A stretch of 64,000 bases of DNA from an uncultured Candidatus Nemicrothrix sp. (GTDB lineage Bacteria; Actinomycetota; Acidimicrobiia; Acidimicrobiales; Aldehydirespiratoraceae), in the NCBI GenBank assembly GCA_964504305.1, contig CAZDEB010000003.1:87213-151212 (forward strand). Reading direction: 5' to 3'. The notes beneath the pieces are model-generated. The model had not been told where the DNA came from and did not search any database. It was given only the letters and a program-made list of their open reading frames with translations. The position numbers were made by a program, and so were the translations under genes. Of this stretch, positions 40,171 to 48,853 are shown piece after piece; the stretch's first letter is position 1; each line of letters begins with the position of its first letter.

Positions 40171-40400
40171 CCGCCGGCGGTGCCGATGCGGTTTACTTCG
40201 CCTTCGATGCTCGTTTCGGCGTTGCCCCAGATGCGGTCGAACGCGACCCACATCGCTGCGCCGATGAATGCGGTTATCAGTACGGCAATGGCGGTGCTGA
40301 TAACTCCTTCGCCTCGATCGCTGACCATGCGGCCGGTGCGTCGGTTGACGGCGCTGACCAGCATTTGAATTTCCATCCAGGTTTGGGTGGTGATGCTCAT
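40167..40400 (-). CDS. small Flp/DUF4244-like pilin candidate
   Basis: 77 aa. AGGAG lies 6 nt before ATG 40400. Basic leader, then DRGEGVISTAIAVLITAFIGAAMWVAF. Sits at the flp position between tadC and the tadE-like genes. Confidence 0.6.
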   Translation of the reverse strand: MSITTQTWMEIQMLVSAVNRRTGRMVSDRGEGVISTAIAVLITAFIGAAMWVAFDRIWGNAETSIEGEVNRIGTAGG

Positions 40401-40434
40401 TTTGTGCTCCTCTTTCGAGATCTTTGATGGTTGG

Positions 40435-41337
40435 TTAGGCGCCGAACAATGTGAGTGCGTCGATGAAGGGCACCCCCATCAACAAAACGCCAGGGATGAG
40501 CGCCGCGACGGTCACAGGAATCCAGACCTGTTGGTTGCGGCGTTCTATCGATTCGATGAGTTCGCGTTGTACTTCCCGGCGAACTGAGCGGGCCTCGTCG
40601 GAGATAAGCCGGCCGAGGTCGGCGGCTTCTCGGTTGAGGGCGAGAACGGAGATCAGACGATCGAGACTGTCGACATCGGCAAGAGTTCCCCACTCTCGCA
40701 GGGCGTCGACCTCTGATAGTCCTTGGCGCATGCGTTGGATTACTCGGGCTAGGTCGGCCGAGCACGCTCCGGTGCCCCGAGACGACACGCGGGCGAGAGC
40801 GGCTCCGAGCGACCAACCGGCCGACGTGAGCATTCCGAGTTGTTCGGCGACGACCGGAAGCTCCAGAAACAGACGCCGTTGCCGTGCTGTCGAGGCCGCT
40901 ACGACTTGTTGTTCCAAGAGAAGAAACGTCAGGATCGGAGCTCCTAGAACCACCAGCATCGCTAGAGCGGCCGGTGCCGCGAAGGCAACCGTGCCGAGCA
41001 CGGCCAGCCCGAACACCGCGCTGGCCCAGCTGAGTTGACGCATCCGAAACGTGGTGACGTCGAGCGGCGAATGGATCCGTCGCAGGCGGGTGCCGAGCTC
41101 TTCGCTGACCCCGAATAGTTTGGCGAGCTTTTCGCCCACCGAATGCGACAGTGGCGCGATGACTTCGCGAAACGAGGCAACCGACAGCACGCCGAGATGA
41201 CCGGAACGGGTGCCGACCGGAGCGAACGGGCTCAGCCGATCGGCCAACGAGGGACGGCGAAACCAACGTAACTCCGAGAGGACGAGGGTCAACCCGACAA
41301 ATCCCACCAGGGCGCACAGAACAAGGGCACGACTCAT
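40435..41337 (-). CDS. tadC: type II secretion system F-domain protein (TadC)
   Basis: T2SSF-like membrane protein. ATG 41337 shares one nucleotide with the tadB TGA (TGATG). The listed start 41397 would overlap tadB by 61 nt. Confidence 0.8.
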   Translation of the reverse strand: MSRALVLCALVGFVGLTLVLSELRWFRRPSLADRLSPFAPVGTRSGHLGVLSVASFREVIAPLSHSVGEKLAKLFGVSEELGTRLRRIHSPLDVTTFRMRQLSWASAVFGLAVLGTVAFAAPAALAMLVVLGAPILTFLLLEQQVVAASTARQRRLFLELPVVAEQLGMLTSAGWSLGAALARVSSRGTGACSADLARVIQRMRQGLSEVDALREWGTLADVDSLDRLISVLALNREAADLGRLISDEARSVRREVQRELIESIERRNQQVWIPVTVAALIPGVLLMGVPFIDALTLFGA

Positions 41338-42221
41338 CAGCGAAACACCCGGTCCTGCTCTGGCAGGCGCATAACGGCGCCGGCCCATGTCCAGCATCCA
41401 ATTACCATCAACAAGGCGACGAGCACGACGCCTTGCCCGACTGCTGTTTGGTAGGCGGCGCGGCCGTTGCCGATCGACATTCCGGCCAGCGCCATTCCTG
41501 CGGGGACAGCCAGAACGAATACGCGTGCAAAGCGGGCACCAGCCTGACGAGATCGGGCGTCTTTGCGTCCCTGCACATCGCTCAGGCGATCGTCGGCGAG
41601 GGCTTCGAGGCGACGGTCCAAGTCGCCGCCGCCCAACTCGTGGGCGATGAGCAGCGTCTCACACGCCATGTCGGCAGTGGGATCCGAGAGCCGGTCTTTC
41701 AGGACTTGGATGGTCTGAACAAAGTCGGTCGTAAGGAGCCACTCGCGGTGCGCAGCCTCGAACGCCGGCTGCAGTTCTTCGGGACCGCGGCGTCCGACAT
41801 CGAAAATTGCATGGGGGATCGAGCGGCCCATCGAACTGGTTTGCACGCGGATTTCTTCGATCATCCGGGGCCAAGCTTCTTGCGCCCGTTGGCGACGGGT
41901 CTGGCGGCGCAAGCGGTACGAGGCAACCGGAAACGACGCCGCGAACGAGCCGAGCACCAGGGCCGGGAACGGGCCGCCGAAGATGGCAAAGCCGACTACC
42001 GCTCCAAGGACAAACAACATGGCGACAACGGCAAAGAACTCGCGCGGGTCGACTTCTTCGAGGCCGGCCTGGTTGAGCCAAGCTCTCAGATCGTGGCGGC
42101 GGCGTTCTGGTTGGGCTTCGAGCCGAGGCCCAAATCCCAATCCGTTCCAGCGGTACGCCAGGGCGGTGTAGAGCCAATAGACGCCAAGGGCGGCGCTCAG
42201 AGAAACGACGAGTGCGGTCAC
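41337..42221 (-). CDS. tadB: type II secretion system F-domain protein (TadB)
   Basis: T2SSF-like. The GTG start overlaps the tadA TGA (GTGA). Confidence 0.8.
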   Translation of the reverse strand: MTALVVSLSAALGVYWLYTALAYRWNGLGFGPRLEAQPERRRHDLRAWLNQAGLEEVDPREFFAVVAMLFVLGAVVGFAIFGGPFPALVLGSFAASFPVASYRLRRQTRRQRAQEAWPRMIEEIRVQTSSMGRSIPHAIFDVGRRGPEELQPAFEAAHREWLLTTDFVQTIQVLKDRLSDPTADMACETLLIAHELGGGDLDRRLEALADDRLSDVQGRKDARSRQAGARFARVFVLAVPAGMALAGMSIGNGRAAYQTAVGQGVVLVALLMVIGCWTWAGAVMRLPEQDRVFR

Positions 42222-43519
42222 GATGCCCCCAGCGCGCCGACGGTTTCGTGCAGGTCGATCCCGGCATCGGCGAACGAACGACCAACCCTGGTTGGTAGGT
42301 CACCGGACCATTCGAGGTTTCCGTCAACGCCCGACCGGACGAACACATCGGTTGCGGTGAAGTTTGTGGCCTCGGCTCCTGCGGCGCTGTCTTCTACGCA
42401 AACGATCGACCCGACTCGCGGTCCATCGGCCGTGCGCACACAATGAACAACAACGTCCACCGCTTCGCTCACCAAACTGTTGAGTGCCGACATGGGCAAC
42501 TCGTTGCTGGTGTCAGATAGTTGGCAGATGAAGCGCAGACGGGTCAGGGCCTGTCGGGCCGAGCCCGCATGAATCGTGGTGAACCCTTTGACACCCGACG
42601 ACAAGGTCAGCAGCAGCGGTAGCGCTTCTCGGTCTCGGACTTCGCCCACGATGGCCACGTCGGGGGCCATACGCAAGAACCCGGCGACAAGACGGCGTAG
42701 GTCGACTTCGGGGCGATCCGACCGGGCCGCACGGGTCTGCATGCTGGCAACGTTGGGGAGCGGGATGTCGGCCTCGAACACTTCTTCAGCCACGACAACG
42801 CGAAGCCCGGGATCTAGTTCGGCCGCGCAACAGTTGAGCATTGTTGTTTTGCCCGCACCGGGAGCCCCGGCGAACACGATCGTTTGGCGGGCCTTGACAC
42901 AGCTCCGCAGAAACGTTGCCGCTTGGCTGGTCAGCATGCCGCGGTCGACAAGTTCTTCGAGGCTGCGAAAGGTCACGCCGGTGAACTTGCGGATGTTGAC
43001 CATCACGTGACCACCGCGCGCTACGTCGCCATGGACAATGTGGAGTCGGGCCCCGTCGTCGAGTTGGGCGTCTTGAAGCCCTTCGCTCGGGTCGAGTTTG
43101 CGATGAGCGGTCGACGCGTCGTCAAGAATCTTGGTAAGCGTGCGGATCACGTGCTCGTCGTCGTGAAACACCTCGTCGTGGTAGCCGCTCGGACCGCTAT
43201 GGCGCTTCACGAAGATCGCGTCGGGCGCGTTGATCATCACTTCCCAAACGTCGTTGTCGTCCAGCAGCGGCCCGAGGGGCCCGTAGCCAACGAGGTTGCG
43301 CATCGCTCGTTCGGTCACCAGGTCGGCATCGTTGAGGGGGTAGTCGCGTGTGCCCAGGCGGAACTCGTCGTTCCAGCGCGAGATTTCGTCGCAAACCAGG
43401 TCGTGCAAGATGGCTTGACTGGCGGCGTGGTCGAGATCGATGGCGTCGTCTTTGGCTCGCTGCTGAACGCGTTGTTCGATTTCGGCGAGTGGGGTAGAGG
43501 GACTGTCGATGATGCTCAT
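42218..43519 (-). CDS. tadA: CpaF/TadA secretion ATPase
   Basis: Walker A GAPGAGKTT and the VirB11/T2SSE architecture. ATG 43519 overlaps the upstream TGA (ATGA). Confidence 0.92.
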   Translation of the reverse strand: MSIIDSPSTPLAEIEQRVQQRAKDDAIDLDHAASQAILHDLVCDEISRWNDEFRLGTRDYPLNDADLVTERAMRNLVGYGPLGPLLDDNDVWEVMINAPDAIFVKRHSGPSGYHDEVFHDDEHVIRTLTKILDDASTAHRKLDPSEGLQDAQLDDGARLHIVHGDVARGGHVMVNIRKFTGVTFRSLEELVDRGMLTSQAATFLRSCVKARQTIVFAGAPGAGKTTMLNCCAAELDPGLRVVVAEEVFEADIPLPNVASMQTRAARSDRPEVDLRRLVAGFLRMAPDVAIVGEVRDREALPLLLTLSSGVKGFTTIHAGSARQALTRLRFICQLSDTSNELPMSALNSLVSEAVDVVVHCVRTADGPRVGSIVCVEDSAAGAEATNFTATDVFVRSGVDGNLEWSGDLPTRVGRSFADAGIDLHETVGALGAS

Positions 43520-44802
43520 TCGGAGTCCTGCGTCCATGACCCGAGCGAACCCGGCACCACCGCCAACGGTTCGGCAATCACCGCGGAAAGACGACGGGGG
43601 ATGCGATCGAGCCGGGCCTGCACCTCGGCGTATAGAGATTTGCCGAGCGATGGCGGAAGCGGTACACCGTCGCGTAGCGCCATCTCGAGGTCGCGTCGTT
43701 GCGGCACCAGCACGGCCGGATTCGCGTTGTCTTCGACGCTGGCCAGCTTGGCCAGGGCATCGGCAGATTCGGCGCGGCGGCGTCGTGACCTTGGGACACG
43801 ATTGACAACCGGCACCAGTCGCTCGGCGTCGATTCCGAAGGCTGTCAGCTCTCGTAGGTTGCGGGCCAGACTGTGAATGCCCTTGGTGGTCGCGGTTCCG
43901 ACCACAATCACGAGGTCGGCTTGCCTCAGCGTTGTACGAGACAAGCTATTGCGGTCCTCCACGTCGATGGACCCGGTCTCTTCCTCGCCCTCGATATCGA
44001 TGTCGACATCAGCAACGACCACGCGGTAAGCCCGAAGTAGCGCGTCGATGGAGGCTTCGAGAGCCCGAGGGCGTAGCACAGTCCAGTCGCGATGGCGCCG
44101 CAGGCCGAGCAAGAGGTGATAGCCGCGATCGGGGACATCGAACACCAAGTCGCGGACGTCGGCGATGCTCAGGCGCCCCCGTCGGTGAGCCTCGGTCAGT
44201 TCCTGCAGACCGGGAATGACCTCTTGGGTGTCGTGAAGCATCGCAAGATCAGCGTTGAGGGCGAGGTCGGCCAAGGCCACCAGCCCTCGGTTGCTGGCGT
44301 CGGCGCCAATGGCCTGAGCCAGCGCCATCGCCGCCGTTGACGAACCGGTTCCGCCGGCGCCGGTCACTGCTACCAATCGACCGCGCCAACCAATATCGGG
44401 TTCGACAACGTCGGTGGCGATGGTGGGAGCCACTCGGCTGATCGGAGGTGCGTATTCGTCGAGCGCGGCCATGAGATCGGCTCGCTCGAACTGGGCCGGT
44501 AGGTGGCCGCTGACCCCGAGTTCGCGCCAGTCGCGGTTGGTCATGGCATCGACCACGATCACCGCCGCGCCGGTTGTGACCGTGGTGTCGATCAGGTCGC
44601 GGTCGAGTCCGCCGACGTCGCCGCCCACCAGCAACGCCGAGAATGATCGTCCGCCCGACAATCTGGCTCGCACTTCGTCGGGCGATACGCACTTGACGAA
44701 GTCGACGGGCACCGCGGCGGCCGTTGACCAGCGGGCCAGTTCGCTGAACCACGCAGCGCGTGGGTGAGCGAGTCCGAGCACTACCCAACGATCTTCGTTC
44801 AT
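43516..44802 (-). CDS. CpaE/TadZ-like (actinobacterial Ssd-type) ParA/MinD-fold protein with degenerate P-loop
   Basis: Pseudo-receiver-like N-terminus. ParA-fold region with VAVTGAGGTGSSTAAMALA in place of KGGxGK[ST]. ATGA overlap with cpaB. Confidence 0.8.
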   Translation of the reverse strand: MNEDRWVVLGLAHPRAAWFSELARWSTAAAVPVDFVKCVSPDEVRARLSGGRSFSALLVGGDVGGLDRDLIDTTVTTGAAVIVVDAMTNRDWRELGVSGHLPAQFERADLMAALDEYAPPISRVAPTIATDVVEPDIGWRGRLVAVTGAGGTGSSTAAMALAQAIGADASNRGLVALADLALNADLAMLHDTQEVIPGLQELTEAHRRGRLSIADVRDLVFDVPDRGYHLLLGLRRHRDWTVLRPRALEASIDALLRAYRVVVADVDIDIEGEEETGSIDVEDRNSLSRTTLRQADLVIVVGTATTKGIHSLARNLRELTAFGIDAERLVPVVNRVPRSRRRRAESADALAKLASVEDNANPAVLVPQRRDLEMALRDGVPLPPSLGKSLYAEVQARLDRIPRRLSAVIAEPLAVVPGSLGSWTQDSE

Positions 44803-45518
44803 CGGACCGGCTCCAGCTTGGTGCTGACTGTTGCTGGGAAGACATCGTCGAGAGCTCGGGTGGATCGCACGATCGTGATGTCGGCCACCTGGGTGAGATG
44901 GGCGATTTCCATCACTACGGCGGGGTCATCGACGCCAAGAGTCAGAACCCCTCGACCGCTCGACCCGAGCTGGTCCGGGGTTGTGTCGATGGCCAGCACT
45001 ACTGCGTCCTCGACCGCCAGGCTGGTGGTGTCGGCGATAGTCGCCAAAATCGTGACGCGATCGCCGGCCAGCAGCGTCGGCGGGGTGCGATCGAGAGGAA
45101 TCCCGAAACTGATCTCGTGGATCTGGCCCATGGCCGTGCCGTCGAGCATGGGGGCGGCGCTGAAGTCGGCAGTGGTGAGCAGCTCGCCCGGTCGGATATC
45201 ACGCAATGCCGTGGCCCCTTGGAGGCCCTCGGTCGAGTTGAGCGCGGTAGCGGCGAGTTGGGGGCTGAGAGTCATCAGCTGAGCCTCGACCGATGTGAGC
45301 GACACCGATTCACCCACCGAAATCGCCGAGGTGGACACGAGATAGTGAGTAACCGGTCCGTCGGTACCGCGTTGGGTTGCGGCGAACGCGCCCAAGGCCG
45401 CGAGCGTCACGAGAAGGGCCCCGATCAACGCTCGACTGTTGGGCAGCGATCGCCGACCAGTGAGCACTCGCAGTGGATTGGGGCGTGAACTGTCGCCATC
45501 GGTGATCGGTATTGCCAT
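44799..45518 (-). CDS. cpaB: CpaB/RcpC-like SAF-domain pilus assembly protein
   Basis: N-terminal TM (ALIGALLVTLAALGAFAA) followed by SAF-like repeats. Start placed at ATG 45518, with GAGGGAG 5 nt upstream; the listed GTG 45557 lacks a well-spaced SD. Confidence 0.72.
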   Translation of the reverse strand: MAIPITDGDSSRPNPLRVLTGRRSLPNSRALIGALLVTLAALGAFAATQRGTDGPVTHYLVSTSAISVGESVSLTSVEAQLMTLSPQLAATALNSTEGLQGATALRDIRPGELLTTADFSAAPMLDGTAMGQIHEISFGIPLDRTPPTLLAGDRVTILATIADTTSLAVEDAVVLAIDTTPDQLGSSGRGVLTLGVDDPAVVMEIAHLTQVADITIVRSTRALDDVFPATVSTKLEPVR

Positions 45519-45620
45519 TTGCACTCCCTCAGCGCCGGATCGGAGCAATTTCGCCACGCTCCGTGGTTATTCGTAAACCAAACCATACCGAAGAACATGA
45601 AATGGTGCTATACAGTCTTT
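45519..45620. promoter_or_regulatory. AT-rich divergent intergenic region between the tad operon and the HTH gene
   Basis: 45567..45620 is 19 G+C of 54 nt by hand count, in an otherwise high-GC window. It lies between two divergently transcribed units. Confidence 0.45.
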
Positions 45621-45848
45621 ATGCCCTACGACGAAGAGATCAACTGGCTGTCCACCGCGGCCGCGGCAGAACGTCTCGGAATCACCTCACGGACGCTCTA
45701 TCGCTTCATCGACGAAGGCCAACTTCCGGCCTACAAGTTCGGCCGAGTCTTCAGGCTCAAGCTGGCCGACGTCGACGCCTATATCGAGACGTGTCGAGTC
45801 GAGCCGGGCTCGATCAAACACCTGTACCCCGAAACCGCCGCCGACTAG
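45621..45848 (+). CDS. excisionase/MerR-type helix-turn-helix DNA-binding protein
   Basis: LSTAAAAERLGITSRTLYRFIDEGQLPAYKFGRVFRLKLADVDAYIE. The start is ATG 45621 or 45597, neither with a clear SD, so the mRNA may be leaderless. Confidence 0.75.
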   Translation: MPYDEEINWLSTAAAAERLGITSRTLYRFIDEGQLPAYKFGRVFRLKLADVDAYIETCRVEPGSIKHLYPETAAD

Positions 45849-45849
45849 C

Positions 45850-46578
45850 TCAGGGCGCGATAGCGGCCCACCCACTGGCTACGTCAGGGTTGGCCAGCAT
45901 CAGTGGATCGGTGGCGCGGCGACCCCACAAGTAGAGCAGCAACGATTGGGCAGGCCCGCTTATCGAACCGTCGGCGTCGGTCGCCACGCCGCGCTCTACG
46001 GTCAACGAGCCGTCCACAGCGGCAAAGGTCCAGCGGTGCCCAGTGTCCGAAGCGACAACTGCGAGTGAGTCGTCGGGGTACTCGATGGAACTGCCGTTTC
46101 CCCGAAACCGCATACCGACCGCGGCTAGTTCGTCGATGCCGTCCACGGCGAGATCTTCGGGTATCGGCTGAGCGAGACCGCCCGCGGTTTGCACATCCCA
46201 GCGGTGAATGATCGTTTCGTGAACCATACGACGGTGATAAAACGCGCCGTTTTGTTGATCGGTCCACGACCACACCGACTCATCCGGCGCGATGTTCTGT
46301 AGAGCGACGACCAGTGCTCTGAGGCCTTCGCGGCACCACGCCCACGGAGTGGAGGGATCGTCGGGGGCGCTATGGGGCCATTGGCTGGGCTGGGTAGCTC
46401 GGGTCGTGCACCAATGAGCAACGCGACGATGCACGCTGGTTGTGTGTATGGCCAGATCGGTGGTGGTCCATCCGGGGCAAGCGTCGACCAGCGCAAACGG
46501 GTTCGCTTCGCACCCGTCGATGAGCTGGTTTCCCTCGGCTTCCACAATGGAAACGGCGCGCTCTCGCCCGATCGACAT
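45850..46578 (-). CDS. DinB/maleylpyruvate-isomerase-N-terminal (mycothiol-dependent-type) family protein
   Basis: Start at ATG 46578 (MSIGRERAV...). CPGWTTTDLAIHTTSVHRRVAHW is a DinB-like helix bundle with His residues. The listed 394-aa ORF runs through the tRNA gene and is rejected. Confidence 0.65.
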   Translation of the reverse strand: MSIGRERAVSIVEAEGNQLIDGCEANPFALVDACPGWTTTDLAIHTTSVHRRVAHWCTTRATQPSQWPHSAPDDPSTPWAWCREGLRALVVALQNIAPDESVWSWTDQQNGAFYHRRMVHETIIHRWDVQTAGGLAQPIPEDLAVDGIDELAAVGMRFRGNGSSIEYPDDSLAVVASDTGHRWTFAAVDGSLTVERGVATDADGSISGPAQSLLLYLWGRRATDPLMLANPDVASGWAAIAP

Positions 46579-46653
46579 GGCGGACCCTAACCCAAAATGG
46601 GTCGAGTGTCCCAGCTGACACCGGCGATGCCCTGCCCGCGGCTGGCTGAGGAG

Positions 46654-46728
46654 TGGAGCGGACGACGAGAATCGAACTCGCATCATCAGCTTGGAAGGCT
46701 GAGGTTCTAGCCGTTGAACTACGTCCGC
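46654..46728 (-). tRNA. tRNA-Gly (anticodon UCC), CCA encoded
   Basis: The minus strand reads GCGGACGTAGTTCAACGGCTAGAACCTCAGCCTTCCAAGCTGATGATGCGAGTTCGATTCTCGTCGTCCGCTCCA. It folds as a cloverleaf with anticodon loop CUUCCAA. Confidence 0.93.
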
Positions 46729-46819
46729 GGAATGGCGAAGGCTAGCGCCTCGACGTCGCGTCGACTCATCTTGCCCGGACGTCCACCAGTCGGTGCTCGC
46801 GCCGTTAGGCTCCTGCGCG

Positions 46820-48202
46820 ATGAAGAGCACTGTTGAGACCCTCGAAGACAACCGGGTAAAACTCTTGGTTGAGGTTGACGAAGCAGAATTTGACACTGCT
46901 GTCGACGCCGCGTTCAAGCGGATCGCCAAGGAGGTCCGCATGCCGGGCTTCCGGCCCGGCAAGGCGCCTCGGCGCCTACTCGAAGCCCAGTTCGGCCACG
47001 GCGTGGGGCGCGAAGAAGCGCTGCGCGAAGCCATGCCCGAGTACTACGCCAAAGCCGTGATCGAGCACGACGTCGATGTCATTGCTCCTCCCGATATCGA
47101 AATCACCGGCGGCCAAGAAACCGGCGTGGTCGAATTCGAAGCAGTCGTCGAGGTCAGGCCGTCGATGAACGCCGGCGGATACGACGGGCTTCGCGTCGAG
47201 ATACCCAGCCCTCAAGCAACCGACGAACAAATCGACGAACAGGTCGACACGTTGCGCCGCAACTTCGCCGAACTGAACACGGTCGAACGTCCTGCCGCCG
47301 ATGGCGACCATGTCACGATCGACATCGCCGGCACCCACGAGGACGAACCGGTTCCGGGTCTTACCACCAGCGACTACGACTATGAAGTTGGCAGCGGTGC
47401 CGTTGTTGCCGAGATCGACGACAACCTCCGCGGCGCGTCGGCCGGTGACGAGATCGAGTTCGATGCTCCCCACCCAGACCCCGAAGAAGAAGAACCACTC
47501 AACTTCTCGATCACTGTGAAAGAAGTCAAAGAGTCGGTCCTGCCCGAAATGACCGACGAGTGGGCCGCCGAGGTGTCCGAGTTCGAAACTGCTGCCGAAC
47601 TGCGAGCCGATATGGCTTCTCGTCTCGGCGCCATGCAGGTCAACCAAGCCCAGATGGCCGTGCAACAAAACACCGCCGAAGCGCTGGCCGAACTCATTAC
47701 CGACGAAGTTCCGGCCTCGATGGTCGACAACGAGATCAATGCCCGCATCCAAGATCTGGTGGGTCGCCTGCAACAACAAGGTATGGACGTCGGCGCCTAC
47801 CTCGAGGCCGTTGGACAAACCGCCGAGAGTCTCGCCGAAGAGTTCCGTGAGCCCGCCGAACAAGCAGTCAAGGTCGACCTGGCCTTGCGTTCGGTCGCCG
47901 AACTCCAAGGGCTTGTTCCCGACGACGAGGCGCTCGACGAGTCCATCGCCGAAATGGCGGGCCAAGGCGGTCAAGACGCCGACGATCTAAAGGCCCGTCT
48001 GATCGAAGTGGGGCAGCTTTCGGCGTTGCGCGGCGATCTGGCCAAACAGGCCGCGATGGAGTGGCTCACCGAAAATGTCGAGCTGGTAGACCACAATGGT
48101 GAGCCAATCGACCGGGCCGCACTGGAGTTGCCCGAAGAAGATGCCGAAGACAAACCTGTCGACTCGGCCGATCAAGCCAACGATCTGAGCGAGGAAGAAT
48201 GA
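46820..48202 (+). CDS. tig: trigger factor
   Basis: [24 protein letters not shown]...[12 protein letters not shown] is the canonical N-terminal ribosome-binding region. Acidic C-terminal tail. Confidence 0.93.
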   Translation: MKSTVETLEDNRVKLLVEVDEAEFDTAVDAAFKRIAKEVRMPGFRPGKAPRRLLEAQFGHGVGREEALREAMPEYYAKAVIEHDVDVIAPPDIEITGGQETGVVEFEAVVEVRPSMNAGGYDGLRVEIPSPQATDEQIDEQVDTLRRNFAELNTVERPAADGDHVTIDIAGTHEDEPVPGLTTSDYDYEVGSGAVVAEIDDNLRGASAGDEIEFDAPHPDPEEEEPLNFSITVKEVKESVLPEMTDEWAAEVSEFETAAELRADMASRLGAMQVNQAQMAVQQNTAEALAELITDEVPASMVDNEINARIQDLVGRLQQQGMDVGAYLEAVGQTAESLAEEFREPAEQAVKVDLALRSVAELQGLVPDDEALDESIAEMAGQGGQDADDLKARLIEVGQLSALRGDLAKQAAMEWLTENVELVDHNGEPIDRAALELPEEDAEDKPVDSADQANDLSEEE

Positions 48203-48840
48203 TGGACATAAATCCACGCAACTATCTGGTCCCGACTGTGGTCGAGCAGACCAACAGGGGAGAGCGGGCCTACGACCTCTACAGTCGCCTGCTCAAAGAC
48301 AACATCATCTTTATCGGCACGCCGATCGATGACACCATCGCCAACCTGATCTGCGCGCAGTTGCTGCATCTCGAGTCGGAGAACCCCGACAAAGACATCA
48401 ACCTTTACATCAACTCGCCCGGTGGCGATATCAACGCGTTGTTTGCGATCTACGACACAATGTCCTACATCAAGCCCGATATCAGCACCATCTGCTTTGG
48501 GCAGGCTGCGTCGGCCGCCGCGGTGTTGCTGGCAGCTGGTACCAACGGCAAACGTCTAGCTCTGCCTCACGCCCGGATTCTGATCCATCAGCCCTACGCC
48601 GGGGCTCAAGGTCAAGCCAGCGACATCGAGCTGATCGCCAAAGAGATCGCTCGGATGAAGTCCTCGCTCGAAGAAGTTCTTGCTCGCCACACCGGACAAA
48701 CCACCGAGAAGATTTCGTCCGACACCGACCGTGATTTCGTAATGAGCGCGGCCGAAGCAAAAGAGTATGGGATCATCGACGAGGTGATCGACGTGCGTAA
48801 TGTTGTAGATAACAGCGGTCCGATCACCGCTATCAGCTAG
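48199..48840 (+). CDS. clpP: ATP-dependent Clp protease proteolytic subunit
   Basis: Catalytic Ser region FGQAASAAA and His region ILIHQP. The ATG overlaps the tig TGA (ATGA). Confidence 0.96.
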   Translation: MMDINPRNYLVPTVVEQTNRGERAYDLYSRLLKDNIIFIGTPIDDTIANLICAQLLHLESENPDKDINLYINSPGGDINALFAIYDTMSYIKPDISTICFGQAASAAAVLLAAGTNGKRLALPHARILIHQPYAGAQGQASDIELIAKEIARMKSSLEEVLARHTGQTTEKISSDTDRDFVMSAAEAKEYGIIDEVIDVRNVVDNSGPITAIS

Positions 48841-48853
48841 GGGAGACGACTGC

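Noticed and set aside
40397-41401. A 334-aa Arg/Ser/Pro-rich ORF on the minus strand overlapping tadC in another frame. Similar long ORFs occur at 559..1371, 3572..4636, 11575..12699, 22623..23750, 31964..32800, 38617..39597 and 41433..42446.
   Set aside because: These are typical high-GC off-frame or antisense ORFs. They have extreme Arg/Pro/Gly/Ser composition and no motifs, and each fully overlaps a gene with clear family signatures.
45850-47034. A 394-aa minus-strand ORF suggesting a large protein.
   Set aside because: It reads straight through the tRNA-Gly gene (46654..46728) and the tig upstream region. Only the part from ATG 46578 downward has DinB-like character, so the rest is an artefactual extension.
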